From positions 3,605,494 to 3,665,458 of the forward strand of contig NC_069007.1 in NCBI RefSeq assembly GCF_001194135.2: a stretch of DNA of 59,965 nucleotides, read 5' to 3'. Both the position numbers and the translations under genes were made by a program. Numbering within the stretch: position 1 is the stretch's first letter; every line of letters begins with the position of its first letter. The notes below the pieces were generated by a model, which saw only the letters and a program-made list of their open reading frames with translations, was not told the DNA's origin and did not search any database. Shown here one piece after another: positions 38,520 to 53,107 of the stretch. This DNA comes from Octopus bimaculoides (Eukaryota).

Positions 38520-38640
38520 CACCTCCCTCGTGGGGTTCTGTCGGAAGCAACTGTCATTACACTTTCTGGTTGGACTCCCAGATATGGCCAACTGAGACCA
38601 TGGACATTATCCAACCACTTCGTTTTTGGTCTACTCCTGG
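38520..38640 (-). mobile_element. RTE-like LINE C-terminal fragment
   Basis: RPKTKWLDNVHGLSWPYLGV...VASDR. Confidence 0.5.
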
Positions 38641-41600
38641 GTAATATAGTGGAAAATAAAAGACAAAAAAACTATGTTGATGGCTTGCGTTGATAAAGAT
38701 CATAAAAGGCGGAATTCTGGATTAAGTACACCATATAATCCCTCATAATTTTTTTTCTGTTTTGGAATTTTCAGAAAATGTTTGCAAATTTGTGTTCTAC
38801 ACACGGGAATTCTTACGATTATGAAATAGAAAATTTTTTTTTAAAATTTTTTAACCACCCATCCAAAAATTTCCTAAAATTTTTAACCGCCCATCCTAAA
38901 ATTTCCACTCTTTTCGAATTTTTAAAAAATCAGCGCTTAAAATGCGGACAGTTCGATTTTTTTTTCTCTTAAAGTTCAGCAGTGGACCATCTTTGGGTAC
39001 ATTATGATTCCATTAAAATATATATGTGGAGAGAAAAATAATGAAAAACATCAATACATGTCTGAGTGACAAAGAAACGAGAAAGTTATGAGGGTTATAT
39101 GGAGTGCTTAAACCAGAATTCCGCCAAAGTAAAAATACTGAGGCGAAGTTTCCGATGTTCCAGGGAAGGCCCTTCCTCAAAGAAGAAGAGTTCGGAACAC
39201 ACTGCACTTTTCCATCTCTCTAAAGAAGAACTTTCTCCTCTCACAACTTAGTGCCAACTTAATTTAATACCGATAAATATGTTTGCGAGAGTTTGGGACG
39301 TCTTCGATAACTAGGTCTTCTCTATCAGAACTGATTCGGGATTAAACAATAAATGCTAGTTCCGCCTTGACCGAGCAAGCTTAAGATCAAAGATATTCTA
39401 ACCAGGATCATTCCATCTTCTGTTAGTCAGTATGTCTCTCTGGATTACATTCGCCAATGTCTCCTTTTTTTTTAAAGACAATAGGGTGTGATTTGAGAGA
39501 GATTTGGCTGTTATTTCTAGCAAGCTCAGCAAATGTACAGTAGGCTTGGCAAACATCTTGTATCATTGACTTACTTTATGCGATTGTTAATAACTTGTTG
39601 ATCGATAAGTTAGAGTAAAAAAAAAAAAAAAACGCACAATCAGTATGGAAAATAGAAGTTATATTTTTATAACTAGTAATATACTTGTTCGAAGGGGCGC
39701 TAAAATGTTCCTGGCTCTGAGTAAAAGAAAATACAGGAGGGTCAGTTAATTATGGTTTTATTCAAGATACCCCCCCTCATATTGGCACACTTATTGCAGT
39801 GGTCCTTCAGTTTTTCTGAGCCCTGTAAAAGAACTCGGAAGGTTGAGCATCTTAATGCCAAGAACTTTTCTGCACCCCCTCATATATATATTTTATATAT
39901 ACATATGAGGGGGTAGGGCTGAAAAGTTCCTGGCTTTGGGTAAAAGAAAATACAGGAGGTTCAGTTAATTATAATTTTATTCAACATATTCCCCTCTCAA
40001 ATTCACACACTTATTGCAGAGGTCCTTCAAAAGAAAAAAGGGAAATTTTTTAATAAAATTAATTTAAAAATTCTTGATTTTTAAAAACATTAATTCCTTT
40101 TCGGTCAAAGGCTAAGAGAAAAAGTTGTTTTATATGACACATTCTACCAGTATCCCAAGTTTGAAAGTGTTTCGTTAAGAAAACAAGTGGTTCCCGTCAA
40201 TTCAGAAAGATCCAAGTCGACTTCGATGGGAGCACAAGGCCTAAAATTTTAGTGGGAGGGCTCTAGTTGATTACATCGACCCCAGTACTCAACTGGTACT
40301 TATTTTATCACACACACACCAACGTCATCAAGATTCATGGTTATAAAAACTCGGAAAAACAAACAAATCTTTGAAAAGGTCAACAAACTTGAAAAACTAT
40401 AACAACAAACTGGTATAAATAGAGATGAGTAATAAACGAAGACAATGTTTATAATATCCAAACTGGTTGAATTCTGTTATGAGAATGAAATTTGGCATGG
40501 CTGTGTAACTAATTGGTTTGAAGATTTTGGGGCAGGGATTCTTAACTGGGATGTCCCTACTCAACCGAAGGGTAGGATTGCATTTCAGGAGGGGAGCCGA
40601 ACATAGAGGGAAGGTACAGCCGTTATTAAAATCGCCTTTCATAATAAAATCATTTATTGATTGGCACTTTGAAAATAACATTGCCTTATTTGGCATGCCA
40701 GTAACTTTATTATTCTACGGACAATACGTGTGGTTCTTGTGTTTGGTTTTCAAGAGTCTTGATGTGAATTCATGTGATGAAACAGATCTTGTGTCTAGGG
40801 AGGGTCACTGTGCCAATAAAAATTAAAACAAACATATACGCTGGTTCAATGCCACTTCTTTATTTTGCCAACTAACAATCCAGTGGCTTATTTAATAATC
40901 AATCAGTTGTTAATTTTCTGCCAGACCTTTCGTCGCTATTCGTGGCTTCATCAATGGATATGGTTTACTTAAAAAGAACAAATTAGATTTTGAGCTCAAA
41001 ACGTAAAGACGGACGAAATGCCATTAAGCATTGATAATAATAATAATAATAATCCTTTCTACTATAGGTACAGGGCCTGAAATTTGGGAGAGGGGACTAG
41101 TCGATTACATCGACCCCAGTGTTTCACTGGTACTTAATTTATCAATCTCGAAAGGATTACAGGCAAAGTTGACCTCAGCGGAATTTGAACTCAGAACGTA
41201 GCAACGGGTGAAATAACGCTAAGCATTTCGTCCGGCGTGCTAACGATTCTGCCAGCTCTCCAGCTCTCTGGGGTTAAATACTAACTCCCATATTTTGGAC
41301 ACTACTACTACTACTTACACACCTTGGACTGTATAACTGTTACACTCCTGGAGTAAGTAGAAATGCATAGTCCGATGTGTTCCCTTTTTCAAGACTAAGG
41401 TTATGCTTTGAGGGAGAGTTAACTGCTATTTCTAGTAGGTCGAGTGCCCAACAAAGTCCCGCCACCAAGCCTTATCGGTTTGTTGTCATTTAAGCTTTCT
41501 ATTTTTACCGCAGTAAATAGACCAAATAGCTTACAATTTTTAATAGTTCATCTTATGTTTTGGATTCAAGTCTAGCCGGAGGTTAACTGATGCACTCGGC

Positions 41601-44600
41601 CACATTACTTCCCTATAAATATGTGACTTTCTATCACTCACAGCAGTGTTACGCACCAATTGCCGTTAACACCTACAACTAATGTTGTTGTTGTTTGAAG
41701 TTTCTGCAACGGGGAGATAACTAGACGAGACTAAATTACTTTCTCTTAGTAATCATCTCCCTTGCATTTGCTGTTTCAATTTAAGAAAGGCCTAGATTCG
41801 AAACTCTGTAGGTTTAGTGACCAGGGTCAGGCTGTATCAGATCATGTGACTTGCCTGAATAGTAACCAATGTAAATGTGCGTAGCGGCTTGGGTGTTCGG
41901 ATCACAATCGTAAAGATATGAGTTCGATTACCGGCGGCGCGTTGAGCAAGACACTTTATTTCATGTTCCAATTCGCTCAGCTAGCAAAAATGATTGGTAC
42001 CTGTAATTCAAAGGGTCAGCCTTGTCACACTCTGTGTCACACTGAATCTCCCCGAGAACTACGTTAGGGATACACATGTCTGTGGAGTGCTCAGCCACTT
42101 GCACGTTAATTTCACGAGCAGGCTGTTCCGTTGATCGAATCAACTGGAACACTCGTCGTCGGAGTGCCAGTGACCAATCATCTTGCAGCAATATCACCCC
42201 ATATTATCAAACGTTCCAGATGTCTGTGTGCAATGGGGTCTATAAAAGCAAAAGCACGAGTAAACACACGAGAGAGAGAGAGAGGCATAGAGGTGGACAC
42301 AGACAATCAGTCCTTCAAATGACGGATTCCTTGGTTGTTGCTCGACACTGAGTTAAAGGAGTCGATGGCTATCAAAAACAGTAATTTCCTGTCTCTCACA
42401 CGAAGCCATTTTCATTTATTAATTCAACTACACGGAGGCGAGCTGGCAGAATCGTTAGCACGCCGGGCGAAATGCTTAGCGGTATTTCTTCTGTCTTTAC
42501 GTTCTAAGTTCAAATTCCGCCGAGGTCGACTTTGCCTTTCATCCTTTCGGGGTCGATAAATTAAGTACCAGTTGCGTATATCCAACGTATAGAGGGATAT
42601 AAAAGAAGTCCAGCAGGAAAATGAAATGACGGTTGTCTCTTATAGGACGCTATTGAGGAGGTGGCTGTCATTGACACCCCTGTGGGATTGGAAGAATGGA
42701 CTAGCCGAACTCTTATAAAGAGTAGCATATTGGTTGAGACGAGCAGTTGTAGGAGTCATTGAGAGTTCGTGGGAGTTATAGGAAGTCGTTGAGAGTTTGT
42801 ATTTATTGCAGTATCGTGTTTAATGGAGGTAGTTTGAAGCACGTCGTGTGAAGACAGTTGTGTCTATTCCCGCTTCGTGAAATCTGTATATCCAACGTAT
42901 TGTTGGCACTCCGTCGCTTACGACGTCAAGGGTTCCAGTTGATCCGATCAACGGAACAGCCTGCTCGTGAAATTAACGTGCAAGTGGCTGAGCACTCCAC
43001 AGACACGTGTACCCTTAACATAGTTCTCGGGGGATATTCAGCGTGACACAGTGTGACAAGGCTGGCCCTTTGAAATACAGGTACAACAGAAACAGGAAGT
43101 AAGGGTGAGAGAAAGTTGTGGTGAAAGAGTACAGCAGGGTTCGCCACCATCCCCTGCCGGAGCCTCGTAGAGCTTTAGGTGTTTTCGCTCAATAAACACT
43201 CACAACGCCCGGTCTGGGAATCGAAACTGCGATCCTATGACCGCGAGTCCGCTGCCCTAACCACTGGGCCATTGCGCCTCCACATCCAACGTATAGAAGG
43301 ATATAAAAGATGTCCAGTAGGAAAGTGAAATGACGGTTGCCTCTTATAGGACGCTAATGAGGAGGTGACTGAGGACTCTACCCTGTGACCCTCCCCGAAA
43401 TTGCAGGCGGAAAAAATGGTTGGTTGGTTGGTTGGATGGATGGAAATGCCGTTGGGTTAATATTTATAGATTACTGAAATGGCTAAGAAAGTTGCTTTAC
43501 AATTGTGGGATCCTGAATTCGATCTTACAGCATGGCACATTGGGAAAAAGTCTTTTACCTTTTCTGCCAGCCCTTCTTTACTCCCTCACTAAATGTGAGT
43601 AACCATGCATATCCCTCTGCAAAAACCAGCTTTTGTCGCCCCTCTCTCATAGTAATCCCTTTGTCCCCGAATATAAAGCTGACCCCCCTACGTACCCCAG
43701 AGCTTGTAGTCCTGCAAAGTACACGGTGATCTCAATCGTGGAGATGGTATGACAAAAAAAAAAAAGCACACAGTCCAAACTGTAAAGTGGTTGGTGTTAG
43801 GAAGGGCATCCAGCCATAAAACCCACACCAAAGCAAACAGCGGACCTCCATGAAGTCCTGGGGTACATCGGATCCTGCCAAAGCGTCCGACCCATGCCAG
43901 CATGGAACAGGGACATTAAATGATGATGATGTTAATGAATGTACATGGAATTAGTTAAAAGGAACAATACGGAAGGTTTTTACTTGTAATTCAAAGGTGC
44001 AGTCTTGTCAGGCAGAGTTTTGCCTCAGAATTATGTTAAAGCTGCCAACGTCTGTGGAATACACAGCCATTTACACTCTGATACAGCAAGCGGTTAGTTT
44101 GGTTGATTGAACTACTGAATCCTCCTCGTCGACACTGACGGAGATTCATTTACTTACGGATGTTTATTTTTTTTTAAATTTTCACAAAAAATCCCCGTTT
44201 TCGGATTCGGAGATTCGGGAAAATTGCCCAAAATCGGCTTTGTGAAATTCCCCCCTCCACCCAACTTCTTCAATTTCAACTTTTTTCCCAACACTAACCC
44301 TAAAACCCTAACCCTAACCCACTAAAACCGTATACCTAAAACCCTAAAACCCTAACCGTAAGTACAGAAATGTTTTGAAATTTTTGTCCGAATCATGATG
44401 TCTGTATTTTCCCACATATTTAGAAAAAAACAAAAAATCTTAAAAACATATTTCATAAATAGAAATAATACATTTCTAAATCTCTCAGAGAGATTTATGC
44501 AGTAGTGAGGCGATAAAGTAGTTGTATGCTGTCAACATACAAGTCTTGCCCACGTTTGCCAGTAAATTGGAGCAACGTGAAATAAAGTGTCTTGCTCAAA

Positions 44601-44805
44601 AACACAAGGCGCCAGCAGAAATCGAACTCACAACCTACGATCGCCTGCCCGAATACCCTAACAGCTAAGCCACCTACCTTCACGAGTTGCCCAGCTAATG
44701 AGCGGTTAAACACCAGCATTTCTAGTTTTATCTAGAATAATCCTGGAAATGTAGAAAGCGCCCATCATATGACTAATATCTCGTGACTATTTCTCATAGA
44801 AGCTC

Positions 44806-44838
<33 letters not shown>

Positions 44839-45489
44839 ATCTATCTATCTCTGTCACACACACAAGACATACACACACACACTCTCTCTCTCTCTTTATC
44901 TATCTATCTATCTATCTCTCTCTCTGTCACACACAAGACATACACACAAATATATTCATACACTTACACACATTTACACACACACATATATTTACGCACA
45001 CGGATACGCGAGAGACATGGACACTTGCGGATGTACGTACACACACTCCTGTACACACACATACGTATACGTACATATGGTCTCACACTTTCCACACACA
45101 CACACACACACAATGGCACTCACGCACGCACACACACTCACGCGTGCGCACAAATGTTCTGTACACACACACACATGTACACATACATTCACACACTGTC
45201 ACGCAGCCCCCCCCCCCCTCCTACTGCAGCGTTCGCCCTCAACCTCGCTCGTACACTTTGCACTCTCTGTTACAACACTTCTCCTCTCCCCTCCACGCTT
45301 ACACAGATGTTTACACTTCAACATTACACATCGTCCTTTCTTTCTTCTTCCTCTCCATCGAGTGCACTTTGGCACTCCGCCCTTCCTCCCCTCTATCATA
45401 CACACACACACACATACAACAACATTACACATGATGCAACGTGTTTACACATATTACATGTCATTGTAAATTAGCTTACATGTATACGA

Positions 45490-45890
45490 AACCTTATTAC
45501 ACACCCGAGGCCGTGAGGTAGCGTGTGTAGACACTTTATTACACACTACAGACAGATATATGTATACACACATAATTACACACTAAACACAGGGATATAA
45601 CACGTTCACACACAGCAGGCAGTGACATATGTATTATATGATTATACACAGCAATGAGTGAACGTGTACACACATTGTTACCCACAACAGAACATTAAGG
45701 TGTGTACACACATATTATTACACGCTATAGACAATGAATTAAGATGTGTACACATATAATTACACGCTATGGACAATGAATTAAGATGTGTAGTCATTAT
45801 TACACATGACAAACAATGAGTTAAGATGTGTACACATGTTATGACTCATTCTGGCAAATGTTACATGTGTGTATACACATTATTACACCT
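45490..45890. repeat. Degenerate 40-42 bp minisatellite
   Basis: ATTACAC...ACAATGA.TTAAGATGTGTA at 45717, 45759 and 45799, with decayed flanking units. Confidence 0.7.
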
Positions 45891-48800
45891 TGTGCTTTCT
45901 GCCGAGGTCAACTTTGCCTTTCAGCCTTTCAGGGTTGATAAATTAAGTACCAGTGAAACACTGGGGTCGTTGTAATCAACAAGTCCCCCCTCCCACCAAA
46001 TTTCAAGGCCTCGTGCCTTCTGTAGAAAGAATTATTACACATTGTGCTATGTTACTTGTGTACAAATGGCTTTTTCTATTTAGGCACAAGGTCTGAAATT
46101 TAAGGGGAGGGGGCCAGTCGATCATATCAACCCCAGTGTTCCACTGGTACTTAATTTATCAACCCCCGAAAGGATGAAAGGCAAAGTCGACTTCAGTGGA
46201 ATTTGAACTCAGAACATAAAGACAGACGAAATACTGTTAAGCATTTCGCCTGGTGTGCTAACGTTTCTGTCAGCTCACCAACTTGTTTTGAATATAATCT
46301 TTTCTACTCTAGGCACAAGGCCCGAAATTTTGGGGGAGGGGGCCAGTTGATTAGATCGACCCCAGTATGCAACTGGTACTTAATTTATCAAGCCTGAAAG
46401 GATGAAAGGCAAAGTCGACCTCGGCAGAATTTGTGTGTGGTTTTTGGTAGTTGTTAGTGTCGCCATCATGCAAGTGGAGTCCTTAATTTCCAATCTTGGA
46501 AATAATTGAAAGTTGGTGACAGGAAGGGCATCCAGCTGTAGAAAGCGTGCCTCAACCAAATCCATCCAGCCCATGAAAGAATGGGAAAGTGAATGTGAAA
46601 TGATGTTGGTGATGTACACATTGTTAAATGTATACACACACACTATTACACACAGCTGTACCATTACACACACACACATTATGTGTAATGCTACTTGCAT
46701 ACACACATATTAATAATTGTTGTAAAAGATATTACATATGTATGCATGTTATTATTTATGAAGTCAGCCAGTGAGGATAAAAAGGCCTTAATTAATTAAT
46801 TAATTAGTGACATACATTGTTGATGTTAATTTAGTTATAATTTTGAATGACCTTTTCTTTTCAACTAAGCCCTGTCTCGGGACCATTTCAAGTTTCAGTG
46901 AGAAATGAAAGTGAAGGAGGAGAAGCCAGTGCTGCCCTCCACTACTGGCTGAGATTAGTAAACAGTGTACAAGGACACAGGCGTAACTCTGAACATGTGA
47001 TAAGCAAATGAACCTACTCTGAGCATGTGATGGGTAAACAAGCTTACACTGAGCACGCACATGTACGAGGGGGGGGGGCAGAAAAGTTCCTGGGTTTAAG
47101 GATGTCATGAAAGGTCTGGTTGGAGGCCCAACCATCGGAGTTCTTTTATAGGGCTTAGAAAAACTGAAGGACCACTGCAATAAGTGTGCGAATATGAGAG
47201 GGGAATATCTTGAATAAAATCATAATTAATTGATCCTCCTGTATTTTGTTTTACCTAAAGCCAGGAACTTTTCAGCAGCCCCTCGTCATAGATCGGGAAA
47301 CACGAGAGAATGCCTTTACCCTTGGTGGTTAGGGTCATTCAAGTTTTGTGGGATTTATTGATTGGTCCTAGGTTGCTGTTCTCGGCAGTTGAGGGCTGGG
47401 AAGGGAATCTCGTTTGGTGGAATTTTGTTGGTTTATTTTGTTATATTTTTACACATTTCATGTAATCACCCCACCCCCACCCCCACTGCTACTATGTTGT
47501 ATATTGTCAATGGTGCAGGCGTTGCTGTGTGGTAAGAAGTTTGCTTCCCAACCACACAATTTCAGGTTCAGTCCTGCTGCCATACCACCTTGGGCAAATG
47601 TTTTCCTACTCTGATTCTGGGTCAACCATTCCTCACCTCCAAAATTTCAGGCTTTGTGCCTTTATTAGAAAATATCATTGTTGTTGTTGTTGTTGTTATT
47701 AAGGCAGCAAACTGGCAGAGTCGTTAGCACGCTGGACGAAATGCTTAGCTGCATCTTGCCTGTCCCTACGTTCTGAGTTCAAATTCCACTGAGGTTGACT
47801 TTGCCTTTCATTCTTTCGGCATCAATAAATCAAGTACCAGTTGCATACTGGGGTCGATCTAATCGATTGGCCCCCCTTCCCCACAAATTTCAGGCCTTGT
47901 GCCTATGGTAGAAAGGATCATCATCATTTAACGTCCGCTTTCCATGCTAGCATGGGTTGGATGATTTGACTGGGGACTGGTGAAACGAGATGGCTACACC
48001 AGGCTCCAATCTGATCTGGCAGAGTTTCTACAGCTGGATGCCCTTCCTAACGCCAAATTATTATTATTATTATTATATCATTCTTAAGGCAGAATCATTA
48101 GCATGCTGAATGAAATGCTTAGCAATACTTCGCCCATCTTTACATTCTGAGTTCAAATTTCACTAAGATTGACTTTGCCTTTCACCCCTTTCAGGGTCGA
48201 TAAATTAAGTACCAGTGAAACACTGGAGTCGATGTAATCGACTAGTCCCCTCCCCACAAATTTCAAGGCCTTGTGCCTATAATAGAAAGGATTATTATTA
48301 TTATTATTATTATTATTGTTATTATTATTATCACTGATACTGCTGTTGCCGATGACGATGAGTTGGCAGAATTGAACACAATTCCAATTGTAGGAGTTCT
48401 GATGGTGATTATAATTTTGCTGATGATGAAGTTAATTACTGTCAGTGATGATGATGGTAGTGGTGGTGGTGGTGGCGATGGTGGTAGATGTTAGGATGCT
48501 AGTGGTGCTGATGGTTCCAGTCCTTACGACGAAGGAGTGGTGGTGGTGGTGGAGACGGAGGAGGGATGGCCAGGCAAAATATTTCCTATACTACTTCCTG
48601 TCTTTCTCTGCAGGAGTGTCATTAAATAGGTTTAGAAGGTCTTTCTCTCTCTCTCTCTCTTTCACTCACTTACTCATTCTTTCCATTTCTCTCTCTCACT
48701 CACTTTCCATTTCTCTCTCTCACTCACTTTCCATTTCTCTCTCTTTCTCTCATTCTCTCTCCCACTCTCCTACACTCTTTCTCATTCTTTCCATTTCTTT

Positions 48801-48942
48801 CTCTCTCTTTCACATTTTATTATTCATGTTGTCGATATTGCGCTGATTCAAGGTGGACTGTGCCACTAACTTCACTTCATAACTGTGAGTTTTTATATTT
48901 TCATTTCAATGTCACTTACTACACTTTCTTTCTCTCCCTTAC

Positions 48943-48997
<55 letters not shown>

Positions 48998-49549
48998 TAC
49001 ATGTGACAATTATTCGGTGGCCATGATAAAACTCTGAGTTTCGGATGCCAAGGCAGAAAGCCATGCTGCCATCTCTTCAGTTATCTGGCCATCGAAAAAA
49101 ATGCCAGATAACTAGAGAGAGTTGTGACATCACTGGTGTCAAGCTGAATCGGTCTTTGCCTTTTCCTTAGATAACATTGGTGACATGGAGAGGAGAGGCT
49201 GGTATGCATGGGTGACTGATGGTCTTTCTTAGAAACAACCCTAGGTTGTGCGTTCGCCGGTGAGGTGACTTTGCGCCCAGACTTGTACCTCGGAGGGGAA
49301 CCTGTTAGGTGCACCCATGGTCAGACGTGACCAATGGAGTCGAGTATATACACATATATACATATATACACATACATACATATATATACATATATNNNNN
49401 NNNNNNNNNNNNNNNNNNNNNNNNNNNNNNNNNNNNNNNNNNNNNNNNNNNNNNNNNNNNNNNNNNNNNNNNNNNNNNNNNNNNNNNNNNNNNNNTATAT
49501 ATATATATATATATATATACATACACACACACATATTTATATATACATA

Positions 49550-49767
49550 CGAGGGGGGTGCTGAGAAGTTCCTGGCTTTGGGTAAAAGAAAATAGCGGTG
49601 GATCAGTTAATTATGTTTTTATGCAACATATTCCCTTCTCAGATTCACACACTTATCTCAGCAGTCCTTCATTTTACGTAAATTCTGTAAATGAACTCAG
49701 AAGGTTGGGCCTCCAACCAGGCCTTTCTCACTACCCTTAAAGCCAGGAACTTTACAGCATCCCCTCA
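49550..49767. mobile_element. Mariner-type MITE (about 220 bp); other copies at 39689-39883, 39905-40030, 47066-47285, 55354-55489, 59131-59300
   Basis: TA|CGAGGGG-GTGCTGA-AAGTTCCTGGCTTT TIRs flanked by TA. Confidence 0.8.
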
Positions 49768-51672
49768 TATTGTTGCTCAATCCAATAGAAGCTTGTATTA
49801 TCCTCATTCTTAGTTTGATGAATTATTAATGGGAGAGGTCTTATGTGTTTTGCTACATGTATACCAATGTAACTCCTCTTGGTTATGAAACATATGTAAT
49901 GGGAAATAAGTAACACCTACAAATTTTCCAGTTTTAATATATATTTGAAATGAGAATGAGCTGCTGATTAAAAAATATACTCAAACTTTAAAGTTAGAAT
50001 TTAGGGGGTCAGATTTTAAGTTTGAGATTAGTCTAAGGTTTCTTGGAGAAGAGAAAGATTTGCAAAAATCTGAGTTTGTGAATTTATTTTTGGCCAGAAT
50101 TATAATTATTTTCAAAGTCTAAAACATAAATCTAAAAATGGAAATTTGTAAACAAATTAATACTTCAAAAGTGACTGGGTAGGGGGGGGGGGTGACATGT
50201 AAAAGAGCAATTGTTATCATTTTGAACAGTGACTTGCAGTTTTCACCTATTTAAAAAAAAATTATTTGTTTTACAAGTAATTGTCACTAAAAAATAAATT
50301 AAGATAATTATAGTGAGGGTGTGTGTGTGTCTGTGTATTATATCCATGTATATATGAATGCATATATATGTGTGTGTGTGTGTGTATGAATGTATGTGTG
50401 TATGCATTAATAATTGAAATTAGAAAAACCTGCTGATTAAGTAATTAAAATTTGTTATCATTTCCATTGTCTTCCTAAAACGGTCTGTTATGCCTCCACC
50501 CCATTTCCCTTGCCACTCCTACTAAATCTCAATTAATTGTTTGATTCAATTTATCTGTTTATCTTTGGAGTCTTATCTCCTAATTCAATGAATTTGCTAA
50601 ACCGGCAGAGCATATATAAACGTATGCAGTGAAATCTAAATTTCATAATTGCTTGTTTACTAAAGACATCGAATATTACCATTTGTGATATCCTGATTGT
50701 CTGTGAGTGTGTAACTGCCACTGGATATAAGATTTACGTCTTTGGAGGATTGTCAGAGAAGAATTCTTTCGATTCCAACTTCTTCATTTATTCCTAATTC
50801 TTTGGAGAGAAAAAGACTAAGAGAAAATACGGTAATTTTTTTACTATCTTTTGGGGGTTTTTTTTTGTTTGTTTTCTATTATAGGCACAGATCTTGTTTT
50901 GTGATTAAGAAGTGTGATTTCCAACTTACCCAAGGTGGCACACAATAGGATTGGGACTGGAACTGAACCCAAAACCTCATGATTACAAACCAAGCTTCTT
51001 AATCACACACAGCCATGTTTGTTGCTATTATATAACATTTCCTCCTTTTTTTTTTAAAGAGAGCAGAATATACGATGAGTTTGAAGGAGATTTGATTGTT
51101 ATTTCTAATGATTGAAACGACTGTGTGCAGCTCTTCTCGTTGCTGTTCCTATAATAGTGTCAAGATTAGATAAACCGATTAGCGGGGGGGGGGGGNNNNN
51201 NNNNNNNNNNNNNNNNNNNNNNNNNNNNNNNNNNNNNNNNNNNNNNNNNNNNNNNNNNNNNNNNNNNNNNNNNNNNNNNNNNNNNNNNNNNNNNNNNNNN
51301 NNNNNNNNNNNNNNNNNNNNNNNNNNNNNNNNNNNNNNNNNNNNNNNNNNNNNNNNNNNNNNNNNNNNNNNGGGGGGGGGAGTAGGCATAATGGAGGTCA
51401 GTTTTTGTGAGATAATTTACTGTTCCTGATGATAGCAGAGGGTAAATTTCGTAAGGAAGTTATCTTATCACGTAATTGCTAGTGGTGGTCATGGTAGGCG
51501 GGGTGCTGGGGGAATTGACAAGGAAGTTGGTGTGTTGATAGAGGTTGTCGTTTTTGTTGTTGTGTAGTACTTGCTGGGAACATAGCTGGACAGTAGACAT
51601 CCATGGGAGGTTGTAAGTATTAATAGAGTAGATAGTTGAAGAAAAAAGCAACCTTATCATTTACGGCAACAA

Positions 51673-51705
<33 letters not shown>

Positions 51706-52164
51706 CAGACAGATAGATAAGATAGAATAATAGATAGATGTGTGTATTATGTATGTGTTTGTCCCCCACCACCGCTTGACAATTGAGAACCAGTGTTGGT
51801 TTGTTTAGGTTCCCGTATCTTCGTTGAAAACAGTAGAATAAGTATCAAGCTTTTCTTTTTTGTTTTCGTTTTACAGAAACTAAGTGCTTTTGTGAACTTC
51901 TTAGAATAAACTCTTCACAGTGGTCCCCATGCATTCCCGCACGCCAATGACCGAAACAAGTAAAAGATATAGCTGTTATATCTAGCAAATGGAATGACTG
52001 CACGGTGGTCATTCATTGCCTTACATAATATTGTTTTGATAGAGATAATGGGTGGGTGGGGGTTTGTCATCACGATTTTATTATTTATTTAACGTAAAAG
52101 CGGTGTTATTGTATGGGGCTGAGACATGGCGAACAACAGTTAAGTCAAATAAGTAAATACAATC

Positions 52165-52537
52165 ATTCATCAACAGGTGCTTGCGTAGTATACTTAAAAT
52201 CAGATGGCCCGAACACATAAGCAATATGGAGCTATGGCAAAGAACGAATCAAGTTTCGATTAGGGAGCAAATATTTAAGAAGAATTGGAATTGGTAGCAC
52301 AATTAGAAAGGACACACCAAATGTAGGGAAAAGTGCTTTGCAATGGAATCCGGATGGATATAGAAAGAGGAGTAGGCCTAAGAACTCGTGGCGTAGGCAT
52401 AAGAATTCGTTGCGTAGATCAACACAAAAGGAACTAGAGAAAGGGGGACATTCATGGCAGAGTATAAGTACAGAAGCGGAAAATTATGCGACATGGAATT
52501 CAATTCTAAGTGGCCTATACTCTGCGTTGGAGGGTTA
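52165..52537 (+). mobile_element. RTE-clade LINE 3' fragment
   Basis: FINRCLRSILKIRWPEHISNMELWQRTNQ...ALQWNPDGYRKRSRPKNSWRR. Confidence 0.8.
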
Positions 52538-52924
52538 AAGGCAAGAAAGAAATAAGGAATGGGAAGTAACTGTTACTTACCATAATGATCAGCACACTGA
52601 ATTACTGAATTTAGTTTTCAAATTTATTTCTACTTAAACGTGGATATTCTGTTAGAACAGACTAATCCGCGATAGATCCCATGAGAGAAAGTCTCGTATA
52701 GGTTTTTGATAAAGAAAGCACGACTGTTTGGCGGTTTGTTCTGCACCAAAAGCCTATCTGTCGCTAATATGTATAATAATTTTTAAGTGTACTGCAATAC
52801 CTCAACGATGTACTTTTTTAATTGAAAAAAATAATTAATTAATTGAACAAAATGAATGTTAAACTTTGATGATAATTGCTTTAGAAGTTTAATTACTGCC
52901 ACATACCTGGATAATTGTGTGTTT

Positions 52925-53057
52925 GCGTGCGCATGCGTGTATGTACGCACGTGTGTTTGTTTACGTCTCGAGATCGTCCAGTTTCTGTCAATAAATCGCC
53001 TCGCTTTCTTTCGTGCCTTCAAAGACGCACGAAGTAAGAAATCCCTGTTTTTGAAAG

Positions 53058-53092
<35 letters not shown>

Positions 53093-53107
53093 ACAAAACA
53101 GGTAAGT
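52925..53107 (+). promoter_or_regulatory. Probable HO promoter and 5' non-coding exon (donor CAG|GTAAGT at 53102)
   Basis: CpG-rich patch, NRF1-like TGCGCATGCG at 52928, CACGTG at 52948, consensus donor 2.47 kb upstream of the HO acceptor. Confidence 0.55.

Noticed and set aside
40397-40826. Overlapping ORFs with a GDFN-like word
   Set aside because: No further endonuclease or RT motifs recognised; too weak to call.
41961-43150. Recurrent ORFs (LIRSTEQPAREINVQVAEHS / MVANPAVL), also at 23148-23560
   Set aside because: Translations of SINE family D copies.
49230-49345. Possible HDV-like ribozyme (GGCGAA word in a retro-derived repeat)
   Set aside because: I could not build P1/P2/P3 pairings on either strand, and the segment looks like a SINE 3' body. 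An Infernal scan would settle it.
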